From positions 18,152-82,151 of the forward strand of contig JACQXK010000012.1 of assembly GCA_016208765.1 (NCBI GenBank): a DNA stretch of 64,000 nucleotides, read 5' to 3'. The position numbers and the translations under genes are program-made. Below the pieces are notes generated by a model. It was not told the origin of the DNA and made no database searches. It saw nothing but the letters and a program-made list of their open reading frames with translations. Shown piece by piece: positions 1-10,398 of this stretch. This stretch comes from Candidatus Omnitrophota bacterium. Its GTDB lineage: Bacteria; Omnitrophota; Gorgyraeia; Gygaellales; Profunditerraquicolaceae. Within the stretch, counting starts at the first letter, position 1. Every line of letters starts with the position of its first letter.

Positions 1-1582
1 TGCCTTTGGAGAACTCTCTTGCCTTACAATGCGGACAACTCAACTCCGGGCTGATAAAATCTTTTGTATCCCGTTCAAACCAGCAATTAGTGCCTTCCCC
101 GGTAACAAATCCGGCAAATTTTTCAATTACACCCTGATCAAAAAATTGTTCATTGCATTTATTACAGACTAACGCCGGGATCGGCACTCCCCAATAACGC
201 TGCCGCGATAAACACCAGTCCGGCCTTAAACCAACCATACTGGCAATTCTTTCTTTTCCCGCTTCTGGGATCCACTGAATATTTTCACGAATCTCAGAAA
301 TGAGCTTGTTTCTTAGATTATTAAAATCAATGGAGAGAAACCATTGTTTTGTAGCACGGAAAATTACCGGATTCTTGCAACGCCAACAATGCGGGTATGA
401 ATGCTGTATCTTCCCGGAAAAAAGCAATGCTCCAATACTGGATAATTTATCCAGGATGTTTTTATTTGCATCATAAACATTCTGCCCGGAGAACTCTCCT
501 GCGCTCTGATCAAATTTTCCCTTGCTGTCCACCGGCATAATAATATCTAATTTATATTTTATTCCTGTAAAATAATCTTCGTTTCCATGCCCTGGAGCCG
601 TATGCACAAGCCCGCTCCCGTCTTCTTTTGAAACGTAATCCGCCATAACCACACGGCCCTTACGTAAACCAAATGGATGGGTATAAACCAAACCTTCAAG
701 AGATTTGCCGCTTACCTCTTTTATTAATTCATATTTCTCAATCCCGGAAGAAGCTAAAACTTTTTCCAACAACTCGCTTGCAACAATTAAATTTCCTTTA
801 TCAGTTTTGATAAATGAATAAAGAAAATCAGGATGCACGGCAACTGCCACATTGGCAATCAATGTCCAGGGAGTTGTGGTCCAGATGACTAAGAATGTGT
901 CGCCTGTCGCCTGTCGCCTGTCGCCTGTCAATTCATCTAATTTAAATTTTACAAAAATTGACGGCGAAGAGTGATCCTCATATTCAACTTCTGCCTCGGC
1001 AAGCGCTGTCTCGCAGCGATAACACCAGTTCACCGGTTTAAGCCCGCGGTAGATGTAGCCCTTCTGCACCAACTCTCCAAAAGAACGCACAATTGCCTCT
1101 TCATAATCACGGTTAAGAGTCAAATACGGGTTTTGCCAATCCCCAAAAATGCCTAAGCGCTGAAATTGTTCACGTTGATTAGAAACATATTTCATCGCAT
1201 AATCAAAAGCTTTTTTCCGGAATTCCACCTGGCTGATCTGGTATTTATTAATTTTAAGCTCTTTGAATAATTGATGCTCAATAGGCAGGCCGTGGCAATC
1301 CCAACCCGGAACATACACAGAATCAAAACCTTGCATGGTCTTAAATTTAACAACAATATCTTTTAAGGTTTTGTTAAGCGCATGCCCAAGGTGAATATCT
1401 CCGTTAGCATAAGGAGGCCCGTCGTGCAGGACATATTTTGGCTTGCCTTGCATTTTCTGGCGGATCAGTTTATAGATATCTTTATCCAGCCAGTCTTTTA
1501 AGAAAACCGGCTCACGTTTAGGCAAATCCGCCTTCATCGCGAAATCAGTCTTTGGCAAATTTAGAGTATTTTTATAATCCAT
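1..1582 (-). CDS. ileS: isoleucyl-tRNA synthetase, N-terminal part (gene continues beyond window start); start ATG at 1582
   Basis: Manual minus-strand translation [14 protein letters not shown]...[19 protein letters not shown] (class I HIGH motif), open to position 1; absent from ORF track because it runs off the edge. Confidence 0.85.
   Translation of the reverse strand, partial: MDYKNTLNLPKTDFAMKADLPKREPVFLKDWLDKDIYKLIRQKMQGKPKYVLHDGPPYANGDIHLGHALNKTLKDIVVKFKTMQGFDSVYVPGWDCHGLPIEHQLFKELKINKYQISQVEFRKKAFDYAMKYVSNQREQFQRLGIFGDWQNPYLTLNRDYEEAIVRSFGELVQKGYIYRGLKPVNWCYRCETALAEAEVEYEDHSSPSIFVKFKLDELTGDRRQATGDTFLVIWTTTPWTLIANVAVAVHPDFLYSFIKTDKGNLIVASELLEKVLASSGIEKYELIKEVSGKSLEGLVYTHPFGLRKGRVVMADYVSKEDGSGLVHTAPGHGNEDYFTGIKYKLDIIMPVDSKGKFDQSAGEFSGQNVYDANKNILDKLSSIGALLFSGKIQHSYPHCWRCKNPVIFRATKQWFLSIDFNNLRNKLISEIRENIQWIPEAGKERIASMVGLRPDWCLSRQRYWGVPIPALVCNKCNEQFFDQGVIEKFAGFVTGEGTNCWFERDTKDFISPELSCPHCKAREFSKG
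898..922. repeat. (TGTCGCC)x3.5 heptamer tandem repeat, in frame inside ileS (encodes [10 protein letters not shown])
   Basis: read directly; 21 nt = 3 units keeps the frame. Confidence 0.9.
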
Positions 1583-1593
1583 TTTATTTGCGA

Positions 1594-2454
1594 TTACTTA
1601 ATATATTTTCCAATAATTATATCCAGGTCTTTTTTTGTTTTCTCGGGAATAAGTTTCGGGTCGGTAATAATAGCGTATTTAAGCGCATCTTTACAACTGC
1701 AAGTTCTTTCTTCAGGCATATCCTTAATTGCCTTTAATAAGATCTTTCTGGCATTATCAATATTCTTATTCAAGTTTGCAATCACCATCTCAACTGTTAC
1801 TGAGGCATGATCCTTGTGCCAGCAATCATAATCCGTAATCGCCGCCAGGCTGCAATAACAAATCTCAGCCTCACGGGCAAGCTTTGCCTCGGCAATATTG
1901 GTCATGCCGATAATATCCATGCCCCAGCTGCGATATAAATTTGATTCTGCCAAAGTGGAAAACGCAGGGCCCTCCATATTAATGTAAGTCCCTTTAGGAT
2001 GCATTCTTAATTTTAAGGACTTACCTGCAGAAAATACTGCCTGGCTCATTTGCGCGCACACCGGATGAGCAAAAACAATATGCGCGGTAATGCCCTGATT
2101 AAAGAAAGTCATTTCCCTGCCATAATTCGTACGGTCAACAAACTGGTCAGCAACTACAAAATCAAGCGGGCGCATTGATTCCTTAAGGCTACCGCAGGCG
2201 CTCATAGAAATAATCTGCTCAACGCCCATTTTCTTCATTGCGTAAATATTTGCGCGGTAATTAATCTCACTGGGCGATATTCTGTGGCCGATGCCATGAC
2301 GCGGCAAGAAAACAACTTCCTTCCCCTCAAGGACACCGCAGACCAACTTATCCGAAGGCTTGCCAAATGGAGTATCTATTTCAATTTCTTTAATATCGCG
2401 AAAACCATCTATCTTATATAAACCGCTTCCTCCGATAACCCCAATCCGCCCCAT
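1594..2454 (-). CDS. mtnP: 5'-methylthioadenosine/purine nucleoside phosphorylase
   Basis: 286 aa, [13 protein letters not shown]...PNP/MTAP family motifs. Confidence 0.75.
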   Translation of the reverse strand: MGRIGVIGGSGLYKIDGFRDIKEIEIDTPFGKPSDKLVCGVLEGKEVVFLPRHGIGHRISPSEINYRANIYAMKKMGVEQIISMSACGSLKESMRPLDFVVADQFVDRTNYGREMTFFNQGITAHIVFAHPVCAQMSQAVFSAGKSLKLRMHPKGTYINMEGPAFSTLAESNLYRSWGMDIIGMTNIAEAKLAREAEICYCSLAAITDYDCWHKDHASVTVEMVIANLNKNIDNARKILLKAIKDMPEERTCSCKDALKYAIITDPKLIPEKTKKDLDIIIGKYIK

Positions 2455-2466
2455 TTATTGGTCTCC

Positions 2467-3285
2467 TTAAATTTTACAGAGTTCCTCTGCCCTTTTTAAT
2501 GCTGCCTTTGCCGCCTCATCCCAGTTTCCTCCCGCAGCAAGCACCTTTAACGCCGCTTCGGTAGTGCCGCCTTTTGATGTTACCTGTTTCTTTAAATCCC
2601 CCGGAGGATAAATTTTAGCTAAAGCCAAAGCGCCAGTAGCAGTGCTGGCTGCCAGGAACATTGCGTCATCATGGCTAAAATTTACAGATTCTGCCGCACG
2701 TTCAAGACGTTTAATTAAATCCTGCTTAGTATGCTCAGGTATATTCTTAGGATCTGTCTGATTTGCCTCCAGGAAATCAAAAATATAAGCCGGCCCGCTC
2801 CCGCTTATTGCGGTTGCAGCATTCATCATTTTCTCGTCAATTTCCTTTACCACTCCAAAATAACAAAAGAAATCTTCAATGGCAAATTCCAGATCTTCAA
2901 AACTGCTGAATTTTCCTTTACAAATACAAGTCACTGATTCGCCGACCTTAATTCCTAAGTTTGGCATAGCGCGGATCACGCGAATCTTACCCAAAACTTG
3001 CTCAATATGTGCAGTGCTCACACCGGCAGCAATGGAAATAATCAATTTATCCTGCGCCAAACCTTTTAATCCTTTTAAAACATTTTCAAAATCCTGCGGC
3101 TTGATTGCCAACACGACTACATCAACAAAATTAATTAGCTTCTTAATATTATCTACTGCTGCAATACCTTTAAGGCCCTGGATTTTAGTTTTATCCTTAT
3201 CAAAAACAAATACTTCATGGTAATCTCTTAGATTCTGCGCCATTACTGAGCCCATATTTCCAAAACCGATTATTCCAATTTTCAT
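2467..3285 (-). CDS. proC: pyrroline-5-carboxylate reductase
   Basis: 272 aa, N-terminal Rossmann MKIGIIGFGNMGSVMAQNL, P5CR family. Confidence 0.85.
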   Translation of the reverse strand: MKIGIIGFGNMGSVMAQNLRDYHEVFVFDKDKTKIQGLKGIAAVDNIKKLINFVDVVVLAIKPQDFENVLKGLKGLAQDKLIISIAAGVSTAHIEQVLGKIRVIRAMPNLGIKVGESVTCICKGKFSSFEDLEFAIEDFFCYFGVVKEIDEKMMNAATAISGSGPAYIFDFLEANQTDPKNIPEHTKQDLIKRLERAAESVNFSHDDAMFLAASTATGALALAKIYPPGDLKKQVTSKGGTTEAALKVLAAGGNWDEAAKAALKRAEELCKI

Positions 3286-4005
3286 TTATCCCTCAAAGAT
3301 TGCCCTTCCTATCCTTATCATGGTAGAACCCTCTTCAATAGCAACTTCAAAATCAGCGGACATGCCCATGGATAGAATATGCATATGGCTTATCGCACAT
3401 CGCTTGTCGTTAACAGCATGCAAAATTTCTCTCAGCCTGCGAAAATACGGCCTTGCCTGCTCAGAGTTATCCACAACTGGCGCGATGGTCATCAAACCCT
3501 GGATCCTGATGTTTTTCAACGCCTGAATTTCTTTGATAAGATCAATTACTGTATCCGGCTCTATGCCGAACTTTGTCGCTTCAGGAGAAGTTTTTACCTC
3601 AATCAAACAATCCTGCACCTTTTTAATCTTAGCTGCCTGCTTATCAATTTCCTGTGCTAAATGCAGGCTGTCCACGGATTGGATCAGATCAAAAATCTTC
3701 ACTGCCTCTTTTACTTTATTAGTCTGCAAGTGGCCAACCATATGCAATTTTGGCTTATCGCTTATCGCATGCCGCTTATCGTCAAATTTTAAAAGAGCCT
3801 CCTGAACGCGATTCTCCCCGATCTCTTCAATCCCGCAGGAAATTACTTCCTTAATCTCTTCGGCATTTCTTCCCTTAGTGACAGCAAGAATCGTAATTTC
3901 TTCAGGTTTGCGCCCTACCCTTAAGCATACCTGTGCAATTCGTTCTTTTACCTTAATAATATTATCCTTAAGCATCTCTAAAACCATTGAAAAATTATTA
4001 TACAC
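3286..4005 (-). CDS. yggS: PLP homeostasis protein YggS/PLPBP family
   Basis: 239 aa, C-terminal LSMGMSADFEVAIEEGSTMIRIGRAIF typical of YggS. Confidence 0.8.
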   Translation of the reverse strand: MYNNFSMVLEMLKDNIIKVKERIAQVCLRVGRKPEEITILAVTKGRNAEEIKEVISCGIEEIGENRVQEALLKFDDKRHAISDKPKLHMVGHLQTNKVKEAVKIFDLIQSVDSLHLAQEIDKQAAKIKKVQDCLIEVKTSPEATKFGIEPDTVIDLIKEIQALKNIRIQGLMTIAPVVDNSEQARPYFRRLREILHAVNDKRCAISHMHILSMGMSADFEVAIEEGSTMIRIGRAIFEG

Positions 4006-4061
4006 GATAATCAGGACGGGTCAAATTAAAAAGTCTATTATCAAGACAAGAAACCTGTTAA

Positions 4062-5318
4062 CTAAAAATACTCCTGATAAACCTCTTTAAATTTATTCGT
4101 GATTTTCTGAAGGAAATGCTTTGCATTTTGGTGCGCAGGCTGCATTGCCACGGGTTTGCTCACTAAGATTTCACAGATCATTCCTAATGCAGGCAGATAT
4201 GTCAAATATTTCTGCCCGGATAATTCATTGCTCTCTTTAACCAAGCCGAGCAACTGCTGATCGCTGATCCTCGCTAATCTTACAGGGATAGATAATATGC
4301 TTTCAAGTGTTTCAATAAAACCCTCCAATAAAACTGTCCTGCCGCTAATGACCAGGTTATTCACTTCGTAAGTAGACAATTTCTTCTCTATTTCATCTTT
4401 GATTTTAGAACACATCTTTTTAGAAGAAACGGTTATGATCTCAGAGACCTCTCTTTGTTTTATAGGCCTGTATAAATTACTCTTTTTCACGAGGATTTCT
4501 TTATCCTCGTCTATCTGTGACGAATCCCCGATTACTCCGTAGGACTTTTTAATCTCCTCCGCCAGATCCCAGGGTATTTTTAAGGCATCCGAAAGCTCCT
4601 GAGTAAGCGCATCTCCTCCTGCCTCTAAAATATTGATATCTTTCAGCAGCCCGTCGCGAAAAGTTAACAGCTCGGTAATATCCGAACCCACATCGCAGAA
4701 AATATTAACACCATCCTTAAACTCCTGATTAAACACAGCCTTTGCAGTGGCAAATCCGGAGAAAAACAGCGATTTAATATCATAACCGGATTGATGGATT
4801 ACTCTTGCTAAACTCTGGACCGAGGATAGTTTAGCTGAAATTAGATACAGGTCCACCTCAAGCCTGTGGCTGTAAAGGCCCAGAGGATTTGCAATGTTTG
4901 ATTTTGAATCAATGGTAAAACTTGATGGGATCTGATGGATAATTTCTTCTTCCAGGCTTGAGCCAAGGACTCGCGCCTGATCGCTTACCAACTGAATATC
5001 AGAAAGCGTTACAACCTTGTTCCCGCGCTCAGCCAGGGGTATGATCGCCCGGCTGTGCTTGGTAACAATATCCTGCCCGGAAATATTCACGCATAAAGAT
5101 TTGATATTGATGCCCGACTTAGCCCTTAAATTTTTCATTAGCTTGGTAACAGTACCCACAAGCTCAATAGAATCAACAACCACGCCTTTTCTAACACCTT
5201 TTACAGGCATGCTCTCAAAGAAAATATTCTTCAGTTGCTTTTTGTGAATTTCAGCAACAACCGCTACGATCTTACTTGAGCCGATATCTAATGCACAGAG
5301 ATAATTACTTTTTAGCAT
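4062..5318 (-). CDS. ftsA: cell division protein FtsA
   Basis: 418 aa actin-like ATPase, ALDIGSSKIVAVVAE N-terminus, directly downstream of ftsQ. Confidence 0.85.
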   Translation of the reverse strand: MLKSNYLCALDIGSSKIVAVVAEIHKKQLKNIFFESMPVKGVRKGVVVDSIELVGTVTKLMKNLRAKSGINIKSLCVNISGQDIVTKHSRAIIPLAERGNKVVTLSDIQLVSDQARVLGSSLEEEIIHQIPSSFTIDSKSNIANPLGLYSHRLEVDLYLISAKLSSVQSLARVIHQSGYDIKSLFFSGFATAKAVFNQEFKDGVNIFCDVGSDITELLTFRDGLLKDINILEAGGDALTQELSDALKIPWDLAEEIKKSYGVIGDSSQIDEDKEILVKKSNLYRPIKQREVSEIITVSSKKMCSKIKDEIEKKLSTYEVNNLVISGRTVLLEGFIETLESILSIPVRLARISDQQLLGLVKESNELSGQKYLTYLPALGMICEILVSKPVAMQPAHQNAKHFLQKITNKFKEVYQEYF

Positions 5319-6144
5319 TTTTGTTTTCCTTTAATTTTATAACCGGTTCATTAAACCGGATATCCGCATAACCGATATTTTGCAAATCATTTTTAGCCTG
5401 CATGATAACTACGCTCAAGAGCGAGATTTTTTCTTTAACCCTGTCCTCTCCAAACTTCACTTCCAACGGCTGGCTCCAGCCCAAAACCTCATTTTTTGTC
5501 CCGCCATCCTGCTCTAACGCCCAGGTTAGATACAAAATTGTGTCTGCGCAAGAAGGAATATTGATTTTAGCGATTTTATAATTCTTTAAAATCCTGTTTT
5601 TCTTAGCCTCTTTAATAATGTCCAAAGCAAAAAGCAACTCACGGTTATTATATTTTTTCCCCGGCTTTGGACCGAATATTTTTGTTTCAAGCCCTGTAAT
5701 CAAGGTTAAGTCCTGATCCTGCGGGTTATTTATCCCGGCAAGAAAGACCCCGTCTTCATCCACTGTGAAATATTTATACAGCCTTACAACAGCAGCTGGT
5801 TTTCTTTTCACAAAATCCACAAAAATCCTGTTCGGTAAAATCCTTACCAGCCTGACATTGTTACACTCAGGATAAAACTGTAGAATATATTTTGCTTCCC
5901 TGTTTAAATCAATGTCAAAAATATTCTTTCCCATTAAGTAAGAAAAATCAGAAGACTTGACATCCCGGGCGATTATCGCGGAAACCCTAAAATAATCCGA
6001 ATTCCTTAAAGTATTCCATATATACCCTGCTGCAAGCAAGGCGACAATAAAAACCACCAGAATAAGCACAGCCAAACGAACAAAGAAATAATTATTTTTG
6101 GATTTGGCAGTTTTACGGCTTAATTGATTCCTGCTTCTTCTCAT
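5305..6144 (-). CDS. ftsQ: cell division protein FtsQ/DivIB
   Basis: 279 aa, single N-terminal TM then POTRA-like domain; position between ddl and ftsA. Confidence 0.7.
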   Translation of the reverse strand: MRRSRNQLSRKTAKSKNNYFFVRLAVLILVVFIVALLAAGYIWNTLRNSDYFRVSAIIARDVKSSDFSYLMGKNIFDIDLNREAKYILQFYPECNNVRLVRILPNRIFVDFVKRKPAAVVRLYKYFTVDEDGVFLAGINNPQDQDLTLITGLETKIFGPKPGKKYNNRELLFALDIIKEAKKNRILKNYKIAKINIPSCADTILYLTWALEQDGGTKNEVLGWSQPLEVKFGEDRVKEKISLLSVVIMQAKNDLQNIGYADIRFNEPVIKLKENKNAKK

Positions 6145-7093
6145 AGGCTAATTTTATTAATTTAAGGCACAACGTGTTAAAATCAATTCCAACGGTTTTG
6201 GCTGCCTTTGGCAGCAAGCTAGTCGCTGTTAATCCGGGAATAGTATTTACCTCAAGCACAAAAGGCAAGCCGGTTTTAGGCAAAATAACATCAACGCGCG
6301 AACAACCGTAACAACCGAGTAATCGGTGCGCACGTAAAGCCGCTTCCTGTATTTTTGCGAAGTCTCGTTCTGATATTTGAGCAGGAACAATATAATCAGT
6401 CATGCCTGCTTTATATTTTGCCTCAAAATCAAAAAATCTGTTCTTAGGCAGGATCTCAATTACCGGAAGGGCTTTATCATCAAGGATCCCGACGGTCATT
6501 TCCCTTCCCTTAATATATTCTTCCACCAAAATCCTGTCATCAAAACTAAATGCAAGGCGCAAGGCTTCTTTAAAATCTTCCATTTTATCAACAATAGTTA
6601 AACCGACGCTTGAGCCGTGAGTTGCAGGTTTTACCACTACAGGCAAACCAAACGTTTTAAGAATTGCTCCGGGATCAACAGCAGAGCCCTTTGTCAAAAC
6701 CTCGTACTTAGGAGCAGGCAAAGCATTATCGGAAAAAATCCTGTGCGAAGCAATCTTATCCATTGCCAGCCTGCTTGATTCTTCTCCGGAGCCAGTATAA
6801 GTTATTCCTAATGCATCAAGGATACTCTGAATCTGCCCATCTTCGCCAAAACGGCCGTGCAAAGCAATAAAAGCGCAATCAATTCCTAATGGCTTTAATA
6901 AATTAATATTTTCTTCTTTGTTGTCGCTCTGAATATCAACAGCCGTAACATCAAAATTAGCGCCAACCAGGGATTCATAAACAGCTTTTCCTGATTTTAA
7001 AGAAATCTCCCTCTCAGAGGAAGGCCCTCCCATAAGAATACCAATTTTGCCATACCTGTGTCGCCTGTCGCCTAATACTGGGTTTATTTCCAT
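6113..7093 (-). CDS. ddl: D-alanine--D-alanine ligase, with 14-aa N-terminal extension containing GGCGACA heptad repeat
   Basis: 326 aa, KIGILMGGPSSEREISLKSG aligns with the E. coli Ddl N-terminus; ATP-grasp. Confidence 0.85.
   Translation of the reverse strand: MEINPVLGDRRHRYGKIGILMGGPSSEREISLKSGKAVYESLVGANFDVTAVDIQSDNKEENINLLKPLGIDCAFIALHGRFGEDGQIQSILDALGITYTGSGEESSRLAMDKIASHRIFSDNALPAPKYEVLTKGSAVDPGAILKTFGLPVVVKPATHGSSVGLTIVDKMEDFKEALRLAFSFDDRILVEEYIKGREMTVGILDDKALPVIEILPKNRFFDFEAKYKAGMTDYIVPAQISERDFAKIQEAALRAHRLLGCYGCSRVDVILPKTGLPFVLEVNTIPGLTATSLLPKAAKTVGIDFNTLCLKLIKLAYEKKQESIKP
7055..7072. repeat. (TGTCGCC)x2.5 heptamer repeat inside the 5' end of ddl (encodes GDRRHR in the N-terminal extension)
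   Basis: same heptamer as at 898..922. Confidence 0.85.
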
Positions 7094-7968
7094 ATTTTAA
7101 TCTCTGGTTCTAATTTAATATTAAACTTATTTCTGACTTCTCTTTTTGCCAAATTCATTAATTGCAGAATATCATCGGCGCGAGCATTATTTTCATTTAA
7201 AATAAAATTAGCATGTTTCAGAGAAACTCTCGCGCCCCCGATGCGCCTGCCTTTTAACCCGCACATATCAATCAACCTGCCGGCAGAGCTTCCCTCCGGG
7301 TTCTTAAAAACACAGCCTGCGTTAGGCAAAGATAAATCCTGATCCTTCAGGCGGTTCTCCAAGAATTTTCCGATGTTTTCCTGGATTCTCTCTTTTCTGT
7401 TTTTTCTTAGTTTTAGGCAAACACTTAAAACAAAATATTTGGATAAGCTTGATGAGCGATATTTAAACTCTAAATCTGTTTTATGTAGAATCTTAATCTG
7501 GCCCTTAGAGTCCATTACCTCAACAACCTCAATAAAATCTCCGATAGACTTGCCCCAGGCTCCGGCATTCATTACTGCCGCTCCACCTAGGGTTCCGGGA
7601 ATTCCAGCCAAAAACTCAATACCGGAAAGCCCGTTTTCTTTAGCCTTAAACATTACCTGTGCCAACCCTAACCCGCACCCCGCCCAGATCCTTTCCTCTT
7701 CAAGGGAAAATCTGCAAAAAAAAGGCGAATCAAATTTTATCACAAGACCCCGGATACCCCTATCACTAATCAAAATATTGCTTCCGGCCCCGATAGTAAA
7801 AACAGGGACCTTGCTTTTCTTGGCAGATAAGATCAAATCCTGCAAATGCCCGGTAACAAGCGGATTTGCAAAAAATTGCGCAGGCCCTCCGATCTTAAAA
7901 CTTGTATGCGCCTTAAGCGGCTCCTGCAACTTTACTTTCAAACTTGAGTCTTTCCACCAATTCTTCAC
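7084..7968 (-). CDS. murB: UDP-N-acetylenolpyruvoylglucosamine reductase
   Basis: 294 aa, FAD-binding MurB motifs (GGPA..F, GAGSNIL); true start probably internal to the ORF because it overlaps murC. Confidence 0.8.
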   Translation of the reverse strand: MKNWWKDSSLKVKLQEPLKAHTSFKIGGPAQFFANPLVTGHLQDLILSAKKSKVPVFTIGAGSNILISDRGIRGLVIKFDSPFFCRFSLEEERIWAGCGLGLAQVMFKAKENGLSGIEFLAGIPGTLGGAAVMNAGAWGKSIGDFIEVVEVMDSKGQIKILHKTDLEFKYRSSSLSKYFVLSVCLKLRKNRKERIQENIGKFLENRLKDQDLSLPNAGCVFKNPEGSSAGRLIDMCGLKGRRIGGARVSLKHANFILNENNARADDILQLMNLAKREVRNKFNIKLEPEIKIWK

Positions 7969-9298
7969 AGTTTTTAATTATATCTCCTGCTCCCAAAGTG
8001 ATCACCAAATCCTCCGGCCTTATAATTTCTAAAATATGAGGCACGATTTCTGACTTTGGTAAATACAAAACTTCTTTTTGCGGATAATTCAATTTTATCC
8101 TATCGCAAAGCGCCTGAGCGCTTACTCCCTCAATAGGCAGCTCGCTCGCCGGATAAATATCGGTAACTAAAACATAATCCGCATCCCCAAAACACTTGCC
8201 AAATTCATCAAGCAAAAGCTTTGTGCGCGTAAAACGATGCGGCTGAAAAACGGCAATCACCCTTTTTTGTTCCAGGTTTTTAACCGCAGCAAGCGTTGCC
8301 CTGATCTCTGTTGGGTGATGCGCATAATCATCAATAATCGTGATCTGGTCATTATTAAATTTGATTTCAAGGCGCCTGCCGGCACCCTTATAATTTACCA
8401 AAGTTTTCTTAATAACGCCTAAATCTATCCCCAATTCAAGGCCAAGCGCAATCACGCTAAGGGCATTAGATACATTGTGCCTTCCCCCGAGGGAAAGGTT
8501 AAACCTGTCCACGAATTTATCATTAAAATAACAATCAAATTCAGAATTCAATCCGGTAATTAAAATGTTTTTTGGATAAATATGCGCATTTTTAGTTAAA
8601 CCGAAGAGCACGTATTTGTTTTTACAATCCTTTAATAAGCTCTTAAGATGAACATCGTCATCGCAACAAAACAGGCATCCATTATCTTCAGTACGCCGGA
8701 TAAACTGGCCAAATGCCTCTAGCTCATTATCAAAATCATGATAATAATCAAGGTGCTCGCGGTCAATATTGGTAATAATTGAATATTTGGGGCGGTAATA
8801 CAGGAATGAGCCATCTGATTCATCTGCCTCGGCAACAAAATATTCGCCATTTCCAAAACACGCATTGGTATCAATGTTCCTCAGGATGCCTCCGATTGCA
8901 ACTGTAGGCATGAGCCCTGCCTCAAGGAACAGATAAGAAACTAAAGAAGTGGTAGTAGTCTTCCCGTGGCTGCCGGCAACAGTAACAACAGTCTTATCCT
9001 GCATGAGCTGGGCAAGGGCCTGCGCTCTTTTTATTAAGGGGATCCCCAGTTTTTTTGCCTTTGCCACTTCAGGGTTATCTTCTCTGATTGCCGAAGAGTA
9101 AATAATTAAATCTGCTTTATCAATATTTGACCCAAGATGCCCGATAAAAATCTTTGCTCCGGCATTTCTTAGTTCGTTGGTAATTCCGGTTTCCTTTACA
9201 TCGGAGCCGCTTACATCTATGCCGCTACGCATCAGTAAATGCGCTATCCCGCTCATCCCGATGCCGCCAATACCTATTAAATGATAACGTTTATGCAT
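7913..9298 (-). CDS. murC: UDP-N-acetylmuramate--L-alanine ligase
   Basis: 461 aa Mur ligase, GIGGIGMSGIA N-terminus, GSHGKTTTTS P-loop. Confidence 0.85.
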   Translation of the reverse strand: MHKRYHLIGIGGIGMSGIAHLLMRSGIDVSGSDVKETGITNELRNAGAKIFIGHLGSNIDKADLIIYSSAIREDNPEVAKAKKLGIPLIKRAQALAQLMQDKTVVTVAGSHGKTTTTSLVSYLFLEAGLMPTVAIGGILRNIDTNACFGNGEYFVAEADESDGSFLYYRPKYSIITNIDREHLDYYHDFDNELEAFGQFIRRTEDNGCLFCCDDDVHLKSLLKDCKNKYVLFGLTKNAHIYPKNILITGLNSEFDCYFNDKFVDRFNLSLGGRHNVSNALSVIALGLELGIDLGVIKKTLVNYKGAGRRLEIKFNNDQITIIDDYAHHPTEIRATLAAVKNLEQKRVIAVFQPHRFTRTKLLLDEFGKCFGDADYVLVTDIYPASELPIEGVSAQALCDRIKLNYPQKEVLYLPKSEIVPHILEIIRPEDLVITLGAGDIIKNCEELVERLKFESKVAGAA

Positions 9299-9309
9299 GT
9301 ATTCCTGAA

Positions 9310-10398
9310 TTAAACTTTTAAAACTTCATCTACCAGCAGATTGCAGGCATCGCCGCATGAAACTTTTTCATAAGCCCTGCCCATCTTCTGTGCTTTATCC
9401 GGATTATTTATCAAATCAACTAAAACTTTGCGCAACGAATCAGCGTCTAAGGCGCTTTCTTCAATTATAATTCCGGCACCCCGCTCCTCTAAACCTTTTG
9501 CATTCTCCTGCTGATGCCCGTAAGCAAAAGGGAAAGGTACCAACACCGCCGGTAACTTAAAAAAAACCAACTCTGACACGGTTGTTGCTCCTGAGCGGCA
9601 AACAGATAAGTTTGCAACACTGTAAGCATACTGCATATCATCCAAGAATGCAACTACTTTAGCCCTCAGGTTCAATTTCTTGTATGCGCTATTTAAGAAA
9701 TCTGCGTCGTTTGCACCAGAGATATGCATTACCTGAATATCAAACCTGCCGGCCAAAGGCGAAACCGCTTCAAGAAAACATTCATTGATCCTGTGGCTGC
9801 CCTGGCTTCCTCCCATAACAAGGATTGTCAGTTTATCCTGGTCTAACCCCAGGAATTTTAATGCAACGACCCTGTCAATTTTCTTTAAAGAGCTGCGCAG
9901 CGGATTCCCGGAAAGGATTATCTTTTGCTGATTAACATCAAGATATTCTCTTGTCTTGTCAAAAGAAATAGCAACTTTATCCACAAATTTAGCTAATAAT
10001 CTGTTTGCCCTCCCAGGGACCACATTCTGTTCATGTAAGACTGTTTTTTTACGGAAAAACCATGCAAACAAAACCAAAGGCAAAGAATCAATACTGCCAA
10101 AACCAACAACAACATCCGGGCGGTATTTAAGTAAAATCAATAAACTCTCAAAAGAACCTTTTATGAAATCAACTATTGCCTTAAAATTTTGATAACTAAA
10201 ACGCAGCTTAATTACTGAAGTGGAAATATATTTTACTGCAATACCGGAGGAAACTGTACATACATTACGGCTTCTTTTAGGCAGGACCAATAAAACGCTG
10301 ATCTGACTATCCCTTTCCCGCAGCCCTTCAACAAGGCTTACTGCAGGAAAAATATGCCCGCCGCTTGAGCCGGCGGTAACTAAAATTTTTTTTACCAT
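9310..10398 (-). CDS. murG: undecaprenyldiphospho-muramoylpentapeptide beta-N-acetylglucosaminyltransferase
   Basis: 362 aa GT28, GGSGGHIFPA N-terminal motif. Confidence 0.85.
   Translation of the reverse strand: MVKKILVTAGSSGGHIFPAVSLVEGLRERDSQISVLLVLPKRSRNVCTVSSGIAVKYISTSVIKLRFSYQNFKAIVDFIKGSFESLLILLKYRPDVVVGFGSIDSLPLVLFAWFFRKKTVLHEQNVVPGRANRLLAKFVDKVAISFDKTREYLDVNQQKIILSGNPLRSSLKKIDRVVALKFLGLDQDKLTILVMGGSQGSHRINECFLEAVSPLAGRFDIQVMHISGANDADFLNSAYKKLNLRAKVVAFLDDMQYAYSVANLSVCRSGATTVSELVFFKLPAVLVPFPFAYGHQQENAKGLEERGAGIIIEESALDADSLRKVLVDLINNPDKAQKMGRAYEKVSCGDACNLLVDEVLKV

Noticed and set aside
7373-8032. 219-aa plus-strand ORF
   Set aside because: Lies antisense to and entirely inside well-supported murB/murC; low-complexity Ser/Pro/Leu-rich translation typical of the reverse strand of an AT-rich coding region.
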